This document shows, in pieces, positions 39,418-50,374 of a DNA stretch of 64,000 nt. The notes under the pieces were generated by a model. The model was given only the letters and a program-made list of their open reading frames with translations. It searched no databases and had not been told where the DNA came from. The stretch spans positions 160,001-224,000 of the forward strand of contig CAXXIA010000001.1 of NCBI GenBank assembly GCA_963666985.2, given 5' to 3'. Origin of the DNA: Spirochaetia bacterium. Its GTDB lineage: Bacteria > Spirochaetota > Spirochaetia > DSM-2461. Within the stretch, counting starts at the first letter, position 1. The number at the start of each line of letters is the position of its first letter. The translations under genes and the position numbers were made by a program.

Positions 39418-42011
39418 AACCGACTGAAGAAGCCCAGGAAATTCTGAATTCTTCTTATCGCGAAGCGAAAGAAAAAGGGCACGAATACATTACGCCTGAG
39501 CATTTGCTCTATGTCGCGCTGGGTTTTGAAACGCCCAGAGTGGTTCTTGAAGAATGCGACGCCGATCCCGATGTTGTGCGGGAAAGTCTGTTGGGATATT
39601 TCGCGAAATATATTGAGATTGTCCAGGATGCCGAGCCGATCCCTACCGAAGGGTGGCAGGATGTTATCGAACGGACGGTTCTTCATATGCGGTCGGCGGG
39701 AAAAGATTTAATCTCCTCTTTGGACCTTCTGGTCGCCATTTATGATCTTGAGGATTCTTTCGCGTCTTTTTATTTGAAAAAAGCGGGAGTTTCCCGTATT
39801 CGGCTTCTTGAAATTGTTTCCCATGGCCTTGAAGAAGAAGATGACGAGGAAAACGAAGAGTTCCCGGACGAATTCGATGCCGTGAAGAATCCGTTCGAGG
39901 AAGACGGGGATGAGGCTGATGAGCGCTCCGAAGGCGGCGGGAAGGGGAAAAAGAGCGCCCTTGCAAAGTATGCCGCCGATCTGACGGCCAAGGCCGAGGC
40001 GGGTCGGCTTGAACCTCTCATCGGACGGGAGGATATTCTCGAGAGAACGATGCAGGTGCTCAGCCGGCGTCTGAAGAATAATCCCGTGCATGTCGGCGAC
40101 CCGGGAGTGGGGAAAACCGCCATAACCGAGGGGCTGGCCCGGAGAATTGTCGACGGCGATGTTCCGAGTTTCCTGAAAAATCAGAGAATCTGGTCTTTGG
40201 ATATGGGCTCGCTGCTTGCCGGAACGCGATACCGCGGCGACTTTGAGGAGCGCATAAAGAAAGTCCTGGCAGAATTGGCCGAAAGAGAGAACGTTATCCT
40301 TTTTATCGATGAAATCCATACGGTCATCGGAGCGGGAGCCACTTCCGGCGGAAGCATGGATGCCTCGAATCTCCTTAAACCCGCGCTGATGTCGGGTAAA
40401 ATCCGCTGCATCGGTTCGACAACCTATGATGAGTTTAAAAAGTTCTTTGAGAAAGATCATGCTCTGGCCAGGCGATTCCAGCGTATCGATGTTCCCGAAA
40501 CCACGAGAGAGGAAACCTATCGCATTCTTCTGGGACTCCGGGAAGCCTATGAGAATCATCACGGAGTCCGATATGAAGATGAAGCCCTGAGGGCCGCCGT
40601 CGATCTTTCGGATCAGTTTCTTAATGAAAAGCACCTGCCGGACAAAGCCATCGATCTGATCGACGAGGCCGGGGCCTGGAAACGGCTGAGCGAGGAGCGA
40701 AAGAAACGGTTCGGTCCGATGGAGGACCGAAAGGCCGGTGAGTCCGGCGAGGGTGTTACAAAGAAGTCTTCGGCCGCGGCCGATTCTGAATTGAAATTAA
40801 TCAATGAGCCCGGTGCCGGAGAGCTTTTTACGGATGCCGGTGATTCTCCGGTTTCGGAGTCCGTGATGCCCGTTACGGACTCAAAAGCAAAGAGCGGTAA
40901 CCAAACGGCTACAGGGGCTGCGGAATCGGCAGCAGCTCAAGTAATGGACGGAGGCGCTGCCGCATTCTCCGATGCCGAATCGGTATCGGGAGATACGGAA
41001 CGGGAAGAGAAACCGTTGGTAACCGTATCGGATATCGAGAAGGTTTTGGCAAAAATTGCCCGTATTCCGGAGAAGACCATCTCCGCCGGAGAAACGGACA
41101 GACTCAAGAACCTTGCCGATTCCCTGAAAAAGGCGATTTTCGGTCAGGACGGCGCCGTCGAGGACGTGGCTGCGGCCATTAAGCGCTCCAGGGCCGGTTT
41201 TCGGAATCCGAATAAACCCGTGGCCAGTTTCCTTTTCGTCGGTCCTACCGGCGTAGGCAAAACCGAATTGGCCCGCCGATTGAGCGAGGAACTCGGGGTG
41301 CCTCTGCACCGTTTCGACATGAGCGAGTATCAGGAGAAACACACGGTAAGCCGTCTTATCGGTTCACCGCCGGGATACGTGGGTTATGAAGAAGGCGGCA
41401 TTCTTACCGATGCCATCAGAAAGACACCCCACGCGGTTCTTCTTTTGGACGAAATAGAAAAGGCCCATCAGGATATTTACAATATTCTTCTGCAAATGAT
41501 GGATTACGCCACGGTGACCGACAACATGGGCCGGAAGGCCGATTTCAGGAATGTTGTGATCATCATGACCTCCAACGCAGGCGCACGGGAGATCGGGAAG
41601 CCGCGAATCGGCTTTGTCGGCGGAGAATTCAGCTACGGTGCCCTGGATGATGCCGTTCAGCGCGTGTTTTCTCCTGAATTCCGCAACCGTTTGGATAAGG
41701 TGATTAAATTTCAGCGGCTTGCCCCGGACGTCGTCGAGGATATCGTGCGCAAGGAAGTGGAAGAGTTCCGCGGTATGCTTGAGCCGAAGGGTGTTGTTCT
41801 GGAGGTTACCGAAGCGGCCGTGAAGTGGATTGGCGAAAAAGGGTATTCGCCTGAGTTCGGCGCGCGGAATATCGCGCGGATGGTGGAAGATAAAATCAAG
41901 GGATTTTTCGTCGACGAGGTGCTTTTCGGTTCGCTGATTTCCGGCGGCCGGGCCGTCGCCGACGTTGAGGGTGATGATATCAGGATACGGACAACCTCGG
42001 ATGGACGCTGA
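39414..42011 (+). CDS. clpA: ATP-dependent Clp protease ATP-binding subunit ClpA
   Basis: Two AAA+ modules ([16 protein letters not shown]), IGF loop, coupled to clpS. Confidence 0.95.
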   Translation: MKPTEEAQEILNSSYREAKEKGHEYITPEHLLYVALGFETPRVVLEECDADPDVVRESLLGYFAKYIEIVQDAEPIPTEGWQDVIERTVLHMRSAGKDLISSLDLLVAIYDLEDSFASFYLKKAGVSRIRLLEIVSHGLEEEDDEENEEFPDEFDAVKNPFEEDGDEADERSEGGGKGKKSALAKYAADLTAKAEAGRLEPLIGREDILERTMQVLSRRLKNNPVHVGDPGVGKTAITEGLARRIVDGDVPSFLKNQRIWSLDMGSLLAGTRYRGDFEERIKKVLAELAERENVILFIDEIHTVIGAGATSGGSMDASNLLKPALMSGKIRCIGSTTYDEFKKFFEKDHALARRFQRIDVPETTREETYRILLGLREAYENHHGVRYEDEALRAAVDLSDQFLNEKHLPDKAIDLIDEAGAWKRLSEERKKRFGPMEDRKAGESGEGVTKKSSAAADSELKLINEPGAGELFTDAGDSPVSESVMPVTDSKAKSGNQTATGAAESAAAQVMDGGAAAFSDAESVSGDTEREEKPLVTVSDIEKVLAKIARIPEKTISAGETDRLKNLADSLKKAIFGQDGAVEDVAAAIKRSRAGFRNPNKPVASFLFVGPTGVGKTELARRLSEELGVPLHRFDMSEYQEKHTVSRLIGSPPGYVGYEEGGILTDAIRKTPHAVLLLDEIEKAHQDIYNILLQMMDYATVTDNMGRKADFRNVVIIMTSNAGAREIGKPRIGFVGGEFSYGALDDAVQRVFSPEFRNRLDKVIKFQRLAPDVVEDIVRKEVEEFRGMLEPKGVVLEVTEAAVKWIGEKGYSPEFGARNIARMVEDKIKGFFVDEVLFGSLISGGRAVADVEGDDIRIRTTSDGR

Positions 42012-42858
42012 TTTTCGGTTTTCACTATCGGATGCCGATATATGTTTCCCCAATCCCTTATCCGTCAAAGACGACGTGATAGCGGTTGGAGGCAACCTTG
42101 AACCGCCGATGCTTCTTTCGGCCTACAAACAGGGTATTTTTCCCTGGTTCTCCGAAGACGAACCCATCATCTGGTGGAGCTTGGATCCGCGATTCGTTAT
42201 TGTTCCCTCGCGGATGCATCTTTCGAAGAGTTTGAGAAAAAGCATACGCGGAAATCCTTTTCACCTGACTTTGGACAACTCTTTCGAGGAGGTGGTTCGG
42301 GGATGCGGATCCGCCCGGCGGCCCGGTCAGGACGGAACCTGGATTACCGATTCCATGGCGGAAGCCTATACGGTTCTGCACCGCGAAGGTTTCGCTCATT
42401 CGGTGGAGGCCTGGTATGAGGGAAAACTGGCCGGAGGACTGTACGGAGTGTCCCTGGGAGGGTGCTTTTATGGTGAATCCATGTTCTCTCTCCGACCGAA
42501 TGCTTCGAAAATCGCCTTCGCGGCATTGGGCGGAATTTTAACGGATGCCGGATTCGGTCTGATCGACTGCCAGCAGCATACCCGGCATTTGGCGTCGTTC
42601 GGGGCCTTCGATATGCGCCGCGAGGTTTTTCTTGAAGCTTTGAGCAAAGAGCTGGAGAAACCGACGCTTCGCGGCGACTGGTCCGGCCGTTTTCCCGATT
42701 TTCCCGCCTCGAATCTTTGGAACGGTATCCGGATGAAGGCGGAAAAGGGAAACGCGGAAGAACCCGAAGCCGGGCGGAATTGCATGGTCTCCGACCTTCT
42801 CCCGCGGGAGTCCTTGCCGCCGGCTTCCCGAAATTCCGGATCGGCGGTAAACCGATGA
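42001..42858 (+). CDS. aat: Leucyl/phenylalanyl-tRNA--protein transferase
   Basis: AYKQGIFPWF, GTWIT, AHSVE, GGLYGV, GESMFS, ASK, IDCQ. Confidence 0.95.
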   Translation: MDADFRFSLSDADICFPNPLSVKDDVIAVGGNLEPPMLLSAYKQGIFPWFSEDEPIIWWSLDPRFVIVPSRMHLSKSLRKSIRGNPFHLTLDNSFEEVVRGCGSARRPGQDGTWITDSMAEAYTVLHREGFAHSVEAWYEGKLAGGLYGVSLGGCFYGESMFSLRPNASKIAFAALGGILTDAGFGLIDCQQHTRHLASFGAFDMRREVFLEALSKELEKPTLRGDWSGRFPDFPASNLWNGIRMKAEKGNAEEPEAGRNCMVSDLLPRESLPPASRNSGSAVNR

Positions 42859-43904
42859 TTCGTTCCAAACTTTTTCTTCTTATTCCGCTGCTGATTCTGA
42901 TGGCGGCCGCCGCCGTTTCGGCGGAGCAAACGGCTGAAGCCTTATCCGCGGATGAAGATCTTCTTATCAGTGAGATGCGGGAAAAACTGGATGTATTGCT
43001 TGAACAGTCTCTCTCCGCGGCCGAAAAGGGGGAATGGGACAAGGCTCTGGAAATTCTCGACGAAGCCGAAGCCCTTGAAGTTCCCGACCCGCGAATCGCC
43101 TCCTACCGCAGATCCGTTCTTGAATTGAAGGCTCTTGATACGGCACAGGATTCCTGGGCCGCGGGAGAGCCCGCCGATGTTGTTCCTGCCGATCCGGAAG
43201 ACGAAGAACCAATCGACGAGGGAACACCGAAGTTCGTTATAGACCGAGGCGATAAAGATCAGGAAAGAAATCCTTCCGCTTTCCGGGATCGGTTTCGTAC
43301 GGGAGTTTCTTTCAAATTGCTTGCGGTAAATCCCGAAGAGTCATCGGGACACAATGTCTGGGGATCGGGTGATGAATTCCTTTACGCGTCCATACGAGCG
43401 GATGCGCTGTATTGGCTGCCGTTTCTCGGCAGAAGTCTCGGTTTTAATTTACGATATAACGGTTATTCATGGCCGCCGGGAGATCCGACTCTTTTATTCA
43501 ATGCTTTCGATGTCGGACTGAATATAAGAGGTTTTTTTCTTGAAATCCCGACTTCCCGTCTTGAGGTCGGCATCGATTTCGGCGTATCGATGAACTCGCT
43601 GAACACGATAGGAGCGGGTGTTGCCAGGCAGGCGGCCTTGTATCTGGGACTTTGGGTTTCGGATCCTGTTTTTTATCATCTTTTCGGTCTGGATACTTTT
43701 GAAAATCTGCTGTTTTCGGCCGGACTGCGAATCTATTCCTCCACCGCCGATGAGCTTTTGGAACGGATTGTCTATCGTTTGGACGGTTCCTGGCTGCTGG
43801 GGCATTGGATGATGGGCGCCCGATTGGAGTGGTGGGATCTCGGTGAGCTGACGGATACGAAAAACTTAATGTCGCTCTCCGTTTCTCTCGGATACCGATT
43901 TTAA
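42855..43904 (+). CDS. Putative outer-membrane beta-barrel protein
   Basis: Signal peptide, N-terminal helical region, amphipathic beta strands, C-terminal LSVSLGYRF. Confidence 0.6.
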   Translation: MIRSKLFLLIPLLILMAAAAVSAEQTAEALSADEDLLISEMREKLDVLLEQSLSAAEKGEWDKALEILDEAEALEVPDPRIASYRRSVLELKALDTAQDSWAAGEPADVVPADPEDEEPIDEGTPKFVIDRGDKDQERNPSAFRDRFRTGVSFKLLAVNPEESSGHNVWGSGDEFLYASIRADALYWLPFLGRSLGFNLRYNGYSWPPGDPTLLFNAFDVGLNIRGFFLEIPTSRLEVGIDFGVSMNSLNTIGAGVARQAALYLGLWVSDPVFYHLFGLDTFENLLFSAGLRIYSSTADELLERIVYRLDGSWLLGHWMMGARLEWWDLGELTDTKNLMSLSVSLGYRF

Positions 43905-43925
43905 GAATGGACGGCTTTGCGTCTT

Positions 43926-43955
43926 GAGAATCCGGGTTCTCAGAGCCGGATTCTC
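43926..43955. terminator. Hairpin between convergent genes
   Basis: GAGAATCCGG / CCGGATTCTC. Confidence 0.6.
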
Positions 43956-43960
43956 CGTAT

Positions 43961-45523
43961 TCAGCCGATTGCGAACAGCCTTTTCATTCGGCTCGGCTGA
44001 GCCCAGCCTTTCGTGCCCGCGCCGCCCATCGCAATAAGGTATTCTTCAACCTCTTGACTCGTGATTCGTTCAAAAGTTTTTTTCGCCGTTTGTTCATCCC
44101 AAAAAGAGAGCAGAGCATGCATGGCCTGGTTTCCCTGCCAGGGGCCGAATTCCATCGATGAAAGCAGAAGCGGACGGAAACGCCGGCATCCGTAGGCTTC
44201 CCAGGCGATTTTCCATGGAGCGAAGTTATAGGCCCCGACGCCCATTAAGGCCCACCAAAGTCCTTTGGAAATTCTGCGGTTTATTAAAGTTCCTTTACGC
44301 AGGAGGAGAGACTGCTTGTGCCGATTCAGCCATTCAAGGGCTCCGGGATAGTCTTTTAATTCTTCTTCTTTCAGTGCCGTGCCGGATTCACTGTACGGAA
44401 GGAAAATCCACCGCCGAGGTTTTCCCGGATCGCCTTCATGAGTCCTTGTGTGTTTGAAGTTTTCTCCGGTAAGGAGCGGGTAGACGAAGCGGCGGGGGAG
44501 AATACCGACAAAACCGTTTTTTGCCCGAGCTTCCACGGTTTCGGGACCGGCATCCACGATGTGTTCGATGATGAAGCTTCCCGACGCACCGCAGGCATTC
44601 ACTCCCTGGCGCGGTAAGGTTCCGCCGGGCACGGGGATTCGAGGCGGAACGGAAATCTTGGCTCCGATGGGAGAGGGCATGAGCGGCGAACCGATTCGGT
44701 CGACGGGACGTGCTTCCATTTGAGTCCATGTGCCGTTATCCTTCGCCGAGAACCAGGGGATTGGCCATTTTTGTTCCGTGTCCGCATGGTATACGGCAAA
44801 TGAACGTCTGGTTCCGGCGCCGGGGAAGGGGGCGCCGCCGTCCAGTTCACGGTATTCGGAAAGCGCGAAGCGGCGGCCTTCGGGAGAATCGAAGCGCCTG
44901 AAGGCTTCATGGGCGCCTTCGCCTCGATGAAGAGAGGCCGGGAGGAAAAAATAACAAACGGCCTTAGGCGCAGTATCCCGTCTGAGGGCCGTAGAGACAA
45001 AAAGCGCCGCGATATCGATGCGCGATCCCCCTAAAAGCAGACTTTTTGCGTTCGGAGCGAGTCCCGATGAACGGAAGAGATCCCGATAGGCGTCTTTATC
45101 CGAGTCATCAAGATCGGCAAACGTGGTCCATGGCGGATTCGAGAAAACGATATCCGCTTTAAATCGCGGATCGGCAAGAAGATAGTCGGCTATGAGAATT
45201 GAATCTTTCGGCAGTGAAATGCCGAGTTTATCGGCTTTCTGTTTAAAGCGCTTCACAGCCTTCTTGTCGCGCTCGATGCATTTAAGCCGCCGCAGGTCTG
45301 CGGTATTCGGAACAAAGCCGGAGTGCAGCGCCTTTCGCATAACAGCCAGGGAAAGAGCGCCGTCTCCGCATCCGGGGTCCAGGATGCGTGCTCCGTTTTT
45401 CCAAGAATCGGCGATGCCGTAAGTTTCTACGGCCCATTCTGCCCATTCTGCCGGTGTATAGACGGTTCCTTTCGGCGGAGCCTGAGATGATGATTCGGCG
45501 AGGTTGTTAGATGAATCTTTCAA
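43961..45523 (-). CDS. Amino-DNA methyltransferase, gamma class (m6A/m4C), solitary
   Basis: VYTP, motif I ILDPGCGDG, motif IV FSNPPW, C-terminal target-recognition-like region. Confidence 0.82.
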   Translation of the reverse strand: MKDSSNNLAESSSQAPPKGTVYTPAEWAEWAVETYGIADSWKNGARILDPGCGDGALSLAVMRKALHSGFVPNTADLRRLKCIERDKKAVKRFKQKADKLGISLPKDSILIADYLLADPRFKADIVFSNPPWTTFADLDDSDKDAYRDLFRSSGLAPNAKSLLLGGSRIDIAALFVSTALRRDTAPKAVCYFFLPASLHRGEGAHEAFRRFDSPEGRRFALSEYRELDGGAPFPGAGTRRSFAVYHADTEQKWPIPWFSAKDNGTWTQMEARPVDRIGSPLMPSPIGAKISVPPRIPVPGGTLPRQGVNACGASGSFIIEHIVDAGPETVEARAKNGFVGILPRRFVYPLLTGENFKHTRTHEGDPGKPRRWIFLPYSESGTALKEEELKDYPGALEWLNRHKQSLLLRKGTLINRRISKGLWWALMGVGAYNFAPWKIAWEAYGCRRFRPLLLSSMEFGPWQGNQAMHALLSFWDEQTAKKTFERITSQEVEEYLIAMGGAGTKGWAQPSRMKRLFAIG

Positions 45524-46725
45524 GAAGTCTCGCCGCCGCCGTTTTCGGGAAGAAACGACCGGACCGATTTGCCTTCAACGGCGTTCTTTAATCCGTTTCG
45601 AATCGTCATTTCCGTAAAACCGTAATAGTGTTCTTCCCCGCTCAAACCGGCAACAACGCCGATAACGGCGGCGGCTTCCGTTTGCGATAAATCGCGGGCG
45701 GGTATGTATCCGTAAGGTTTACGATCAACCCGATGAACCAATCCTCCGTCCATAAGCCGTTCCAGAAGGATGTCGGCGTGCCGCTCATCCACACGCACAC
45801 GCGCGGCGAGAGTTTTGCTTCCGGGAGGTTTGGACCCCTTGAGAAAATCCTTGGAGAGTTCCAGGAAGAGCCGCCATCCGATATCCATTTCATGGGCCGG
45901 CGTGGCCGACTTCAGAGGCGGTCTGCGGCCCGCCTCCCTTTGATGGGCATAGGTAATTTCAGCCGCGGTGAGGACAATCAGCCAGGAAACGTTCAGCCAG
46001 ATAAGAAGGAGGGGCAAAAAAACCATGGAGCCGTATACGAGGGACTGACGAACCGAGTGGGACGTCCAGAGAGTGAATCCGACTTTTGCCGCCTGGAATC
46101 CGACGGCTCCGATTATGGAACCCAAAAGGGCGCTCCTTAAGCGGATTTTAGCCGAATTGAGAAGGCTGAACAGAAGTAATATTCCGGCCATGGCCCCCAA
46201 AAGAGACAAGATGTGTCCCAATATCCTTTGTCCGAGAGGCGGTACTTTATTCCAGGCTTCAAGCATGCCGGAGATGGGCCCGAAACCCGCGGCGAAAATG
46301 AAGGAGGTGAGAGCCAGGGAGGCAAGATATGTCAGAATCCGTTGAATCGGTCCTTTCCTCGGCCGGGTTTTGAAGATGGTGCTGAGGTGGATTTCCAACG
46401 AATTGAGCAGCATTACGGCCGTGCATAAGAAGAACAATGTTCCCCAAGCTCCCAGTTTTCGGGCATTGAAGGTAAAAGTGTTGAATGTTTGAAGAAGCGT
46501 ATCGTTTCCTTCCGGCATGAGAAAACGGCTGAGGGATTCAAGAATGCGGTATCCAAGCTGGTTGAAGCCGCCCACGGAAAAAATCACCATCGTGATGGGT
46601 ACTAAGGTAATCATCGTTGTGTATGCGATACCGGCGGAACGAAGAAAAACCTGATCGTCGATTATGCTGCGGAACACTGTTGAAAGAAAACGCCCGAGAC
46701 GCTTCCATAGAGTTTGATCTTCCAT
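45520..46725 (-). CDS. YihY/BrkB-family membrane protein with C-terminal Rrf2-like HTH
   Basis: SAGIAYTT, VYGSMVFLPLLLIWLNVSW, YIPARDL. Confidence 0.9.
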   Translation of the reverse strand: MEDQTLWKRLGRFLSTVFRSIIDDQVFLRSAGIAYTTMITLVPITMVIFSVGGFNQLGYRILESLSRFLMPEGNDTLLQTFNTFTFNARKLGAWGTLFFLCTAVMLLNSLEIHLSTIFKTRPRKGPIQRILTYLASLALTSFIFAAGFGPISGMLEAWNKVPPLGQRILGHILSLLGAMAGILLLFSLLNSAKIRLRSALLGSIIGAVGFQAAKVGFTLWTSHSVRQSLVYGSMVFLPLLLIWLNVSWLIVLTAAEITYAHQREAGRRPPLKSATPAHEMDIGWRLFLELSKDFLKGSKPPGSKTLAARVRVDERHADILLERLMDGGLVHRVDRKPYGYIPARDLSQTEAAAVIGVVAGLSGEEHYYGFTEMTIRNGLKNAVEGKSVRSFLPENGGGETS

Positions 46726-46836
46726 TTGGTTTTAAGTATACGGAGAGGGAGATTCGTCGCCAATGTCTTCTCGGGCTGTTGAAAAGGATATTGGAGGTTT
46801 GCGCTTCGAAGTTTTTCGTTTGCGTCCCGGAGCGTT

Positions 46837-47913
46837 TTAAAACAATCGGCGGTTTTCGATGATTTGGATTTCAAGATCGCGATCCGCAGGAGCGAAAATC
46901 TCGGCGGCGCCCTCGGTCATGTAAATTGATCCGTCTTCCGTGATAAACGCCGCTTCGACGCCTTCAAGGCTTATTGCCAATTCGGAGCCTTTTTCAAGCC
47001 CCAGGGCGAAGAGAGTCGTGGATAAGGCGTCTCCGTCAACCGAGCGGGCGGTTAGCACCGTAACAGCTTCCAATCCGCTGCTGACCGGATATCCGTTTTT
47101 CGTATTCAGGATATGGTGGTAGCGAACGCCGTTTCTTTCGAAGTAACGTTCATACACTCCCGAGGAAACCACCGAGGCGTCCGAAACTTCAAAGATTCCG
47201 ATGTAGCGTCCGGTTTCGGCAAAGGGCTTTTGCATTCCGATGCGAAAAGGCGTTCCGTCGGGCTTGCCCCCCGAAACAAGAATATTGCCGCCGAGGTTGA
47301 TAATGAAGTGCCTCAGGCCTTTCTGCCGGAGATATTCGGCCGTTTTATCGGCAATCCAGCCTTTGGCGACGGCTCCGAGATCGAGACTCATTCCGGGATC
47401 GGCTAAGCCGACCTTTTCTTCCTTTTCGTAAACGGCGACCTTATGATAGTCGACCAATGCCAAGGTTCGAGTAATCTCATAGGGTTCCGGGAGATGGGCA
47501 TTTTCAGTTCCGATTCCCCAAAGGTCCACCAGAGGACCTACGGTCGGATCAAAAAAGCCGCCGGACAGCCTGCTGTATTCCAGAGCGGTTTGAAGAACTT
47601 CAAGAGTTTCGGGCGAAACCGATACGGCGGTTCCCGCCGGGGCTTCATTAATTCGCGAGATATCGCTTCCTTCCCGATGGCGGCTGAAGAGATCCTCGTA
47701 TTGCCGAATAACGTCGAAGGCTCCTTCAAGCGCCTTTTTATCCCGGCTTTCATAAAGCCGTATCGTTACGACCGTATCCAGTAAAAGCCTGCTGTCTTCG
47801 ATGTCTCCGGGATTCTTTTTTTCTAAAAAAATCCCGACGCCGACGGCGGCGGCAATAATGACCACGGCCGCAAGAATTATATGAAGAGGAAGTTTTTTCC
47901 CGTTGTCCGACAT
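46837..47913 (-). CDS. apbE: FAD:protein FMN transferase
   Basis: FDPTVGPLVDLW, LDLGAVAKG, SSGVYERYF, YHHILN, DALST. Confidence 0.95.
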   Translation of the reverse strand: MSDNGKKLPLHIILAAVVIIAAAVGVGIFLEKKNPGDIEDSRLLLDTVVTIRLYESRDKKALEGAFDVIRQYEDLFSRHREGSDISRINEAPAGTAVSVSPETLEVLQTALEYSRLSGGFFDPTVGPLVDLWGIGTENAHLPEPYEITRTLALVDYHKVAVYEKEEKVGLADPGMSLDLGAVAKGWIADKTAEYLRQKGLRHFIINLGGNILVSGGKPDGTPFRIGMQKPFAETGRYIGIFEVSDASVVSSGVYERYFERNGVRYHHILNTKNGYPVSSGLEAVTVLTARSVDGDALSTTLFALGLEKGSELAISLEGVEAAFITEDGSIYMTEGAAEIFAPADRDLEIQIIENRRLF

Positions 47914-48167
47914 AGCGGATATTCTCCGTTACCTTGCTTCAAAGGGTCAAGATTAGCCCATAAGGCGGCAAGGTTCTCATTTATGCGGCCCGTATGTATC
48001 CGGCGGCCGCCCCCCCTCCCTTCGGATTCGTTTTTTTTACCGGCTTTCCGACCGCCCTCCGCTCGGCGTTTGCGGCTTAAAGATGAAATAGCGAACAATT
48101 ATAGTTTTTTAGTTCGATCCCTTGAAAAAGCGAATAACAGTTCTCAAAATTTCATTGCGGAGAAATT

Positions 48168-48515
48168 ATGGCGGTTGCGCGAATAATCGACGAGAGCGGC
48201 AGAGGTGCTCCATGGATAACCATTTTAAAAGAGAGTCTGAGTGTGTCCGGATTTGAACTGACCACACAGGATGATGAGAGCGCCAATTTAACGATTTTAA
48301 TGCTTTCCTATGATCAAGAAGCGAAAGAGCGTCTTTTTCGCGGCGATCTTCTCGTACTTTCCATCCCTTCGGTTATTCGGCCTTATGATAAAGAGCAGTC
48401 GCGAATGGAAATAATAGGAACAAACAGAATCAAGGTGCGCTATACGCTATCGGACCCCGAAGAGGGGACCATCATGCCGGATGAGATCAAATCTTTGGTA
48501 AAATTGTTCATTTAA
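48168..48515 (+). CDS. Hypothetical protein
   Basis: GGAG RBS; fills the intergenic gap; no recognised motif. Confidence 0.6.
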   Translation: MAVARIIDESGRGAPWITILKESLSVSGFELTTQDDESANLTILMLSYDQEAKERLFRGDLLVLSIPSVIRPYDKEQSRMEIIGTNRIKVRYTLSDPEEGTIMPDEIKSLVKLFI

Positions 48516-48582
48516 GTGTTTATTTTTAAAATTAATTGTAATAAATTTGCTAAAATTAACTCAATAGTGAATAGTTATTATA

Positions 48583-49260
48583 ATGAACCTAAAAGAGCTC
48601 CATAATCAATTTCCAGCCGCACCGGAATATCTCAGCCAGATATTTCTTATCGATCGAAATTTCGGCACCGTTACGAATGCGCGTTTGGCCGACAGATTGG
48701 GTGTTTCCAGACCGGCCGTTTCTCAGGCGGTCGGTCGATTGAAGAAGCTCGGCTTGGTTGAACAGGACCGTTACGGCACCATTGGGCTTTCAACCGCCGG
48801 CCGAAAGGTCGCTGAAAATGTTGTAAAGCGGCATATACTCGTTGAACATCTTCTGGTCGGAGTTCTCGGATATCCCCGTGACAAATGCCATCCTGAAGCC
48901 GGTCTGCTTCAAGGCATTATTTCCGATGATTTTACCGATTTTCTCTCTGAAAAGCTGGGGAATCCGCAAACCTGCCCCCATGGGAATCCTTTGCCCGGAG
49001 CCGATATCGAGAAACGGTATTTGGAATCCCCTTCGCTAAATGAGGCGGAGGAAGGAATGTCTGTCAAGATTATCAGAATTACCGAAGAGGGGGAGTACCT
49101 GGACGGTATGCTGACATTCTGCCTGAAAAATGGATTTGTGCCCGGTACGGAATTGACCGTCGTGTCTCAAAAGAAGAATGGAACGGTGTGTTCCTGCGAA
49201 GGCCGAAATATCACCATCTCCGCGAGTTACGCACGATGCATCCAATGGGAAACGGTGTAA
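48583..49260 (+). CDS. DtxR/MntR-family regulator with FeoA domain
   Basis: LADRLGVSRPAVS HTH, RHILVE, LGNPQTCPHGNP, C-terminal FeoA-like domain. Confidence 0.9.
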   Translation: MNLKELHNQFPAAPEYLSQIFLIDRNFGTVTNARLADRLGVSRPAVSQAVGRLKKLGLVEQDRYGTIGLSTAGRKVAENVVKRHILVEHLLVGVLGYPRDKCHPEAGLLQGIISDDFTDFLSEKLGNPQTCPHGNPLPGADIEKRYLESPSLNEAEEGMSVKIIRITEEGEYLDGMLTFCLKNGFVPGTELTVVSQKKNGTVCSCEGRNITISASYARCIQWETV

Positions 49261-49328
49261 TCGGCGAACCGTAATCGACGGACGCCGAAACAGATCTGTC
49301 TTTTTGAGACTTCCCAGAGAACTCACAT

Positions 49329-50231
49329 TTATGATTCGGAGCATCCCGAGGAAGAATTTCCGGCTTCCAGAAGTTTTTTCAGCTGATTCCCCGCATGGTA
49401 GCTGGAGCGTACAAGAGGGCCCGATTCAACATGATCGAATCCCATTTGTTGAGCGGCTCGCGCCAATTCGACGAATTCGGCGGGCTTCCAATAGCGTTTA
49501 ACGGGCAGGTGCTTTCTCGTCGGCTGAAGGTATTGTCCGATGTTGACCAAACGGCATCCGGCATTTCTGATGTCGGCCAACGTTTCCAGAACTTCATCCG
49601 TTTCTTCGCCGAGTCCCAGCATGATGCTGCTTTTCAGAAGAAGGTCGCCGTTCAGCCGTCCGGCCGTTTTCAAAAAGTTCAAAGAGCGGTCGTAATCGCT
49701 TCGTGATCGGATGACGGGCGTGAGTCTTCGGACGGTTTCCACGTTATGACCCAAAATGTCGGGGCCTGATTCCACCAGGGCGGCGATGCTCTCTTGTTTC
49801 CCCATCATGTCCGACGATAAATATTCGACGGTAACGCCGGGACATTCCGCCTTTACCGCTCTTCCCGTCATGGCCAGGTATTTCGCGCCGCCGTCGGCCA
49901 AATCATCTCGGTCCACCATTGTAATAACGGCATGCCTGATGCCCAGTTCCTTTACCGAAGCGGCCACGCGGCCGGGTTCCGATTCGTCCGGTTCATCCGG
50001 CCGGCCTGTTTTCACGGCACAAAAGCGGCAGCTTCTGGTGCAGGTGTTGCCGAGAATCATAAACGTCGCGGTTCTGTAATGACTCCAGCATTCGTGGAGA
50101 TTCGGGCATTGAGCTTCCTCGCAGACCGTATGGAGTCCTTTTTCGCGTAAATCGCGGCGAACGGCCGCGGTATCGGCCGTCGTATCAAGTTTTATTTTCA
50201 GCCATTCGGGTTTGCGGAGGTATTCGGACAT
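49329..50231 (-). CDS. lipA: Lipoyl synthase
   Basis: CEEAQCPNLHEC, CTRSCRFC, GQYLQP, VRSSY. Confidence 0.97.
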   Translation of the reverse strand: MSEYLRKPEWLKIKLDTTADTAAVRRDLREKGLHTVCEEAQCPNLHECWSHYRTATFMILGNTCTRSCRFCAVKTGRPDEPDESEPGRVAASVKELGIRHAVITMVDRDDLADGGAKYLAMTGRAVKAECPGVTVEYLSSDMMGKQESIAALVESGPDILGHNVETVRRLTPVIRSRSDYDRSLNFLKTAGRLNGDLLLKSSIMLGLGEETDEVLETLADIRNAGCRLVNIGQYLQPTRKHLPVKRYWKPAEFVELARAAQQMGFDHVESGPLVRSSYHAGNQLKKLLEAGNSSSGCSES

Positions 50232-50374
50232 GTGTCAAAGGTAGTCGGTTGCGGCGGCTTTGGTAAATACAAAGACCGCGGATTTTGGAGAAGAGGCTTT
50301 TGGATCTTTCGTAAATCCGGGTAATACGGTAAGGTATGACGTTTTCCGGCATCCACGCGGAGGAGTCTTTTTTC

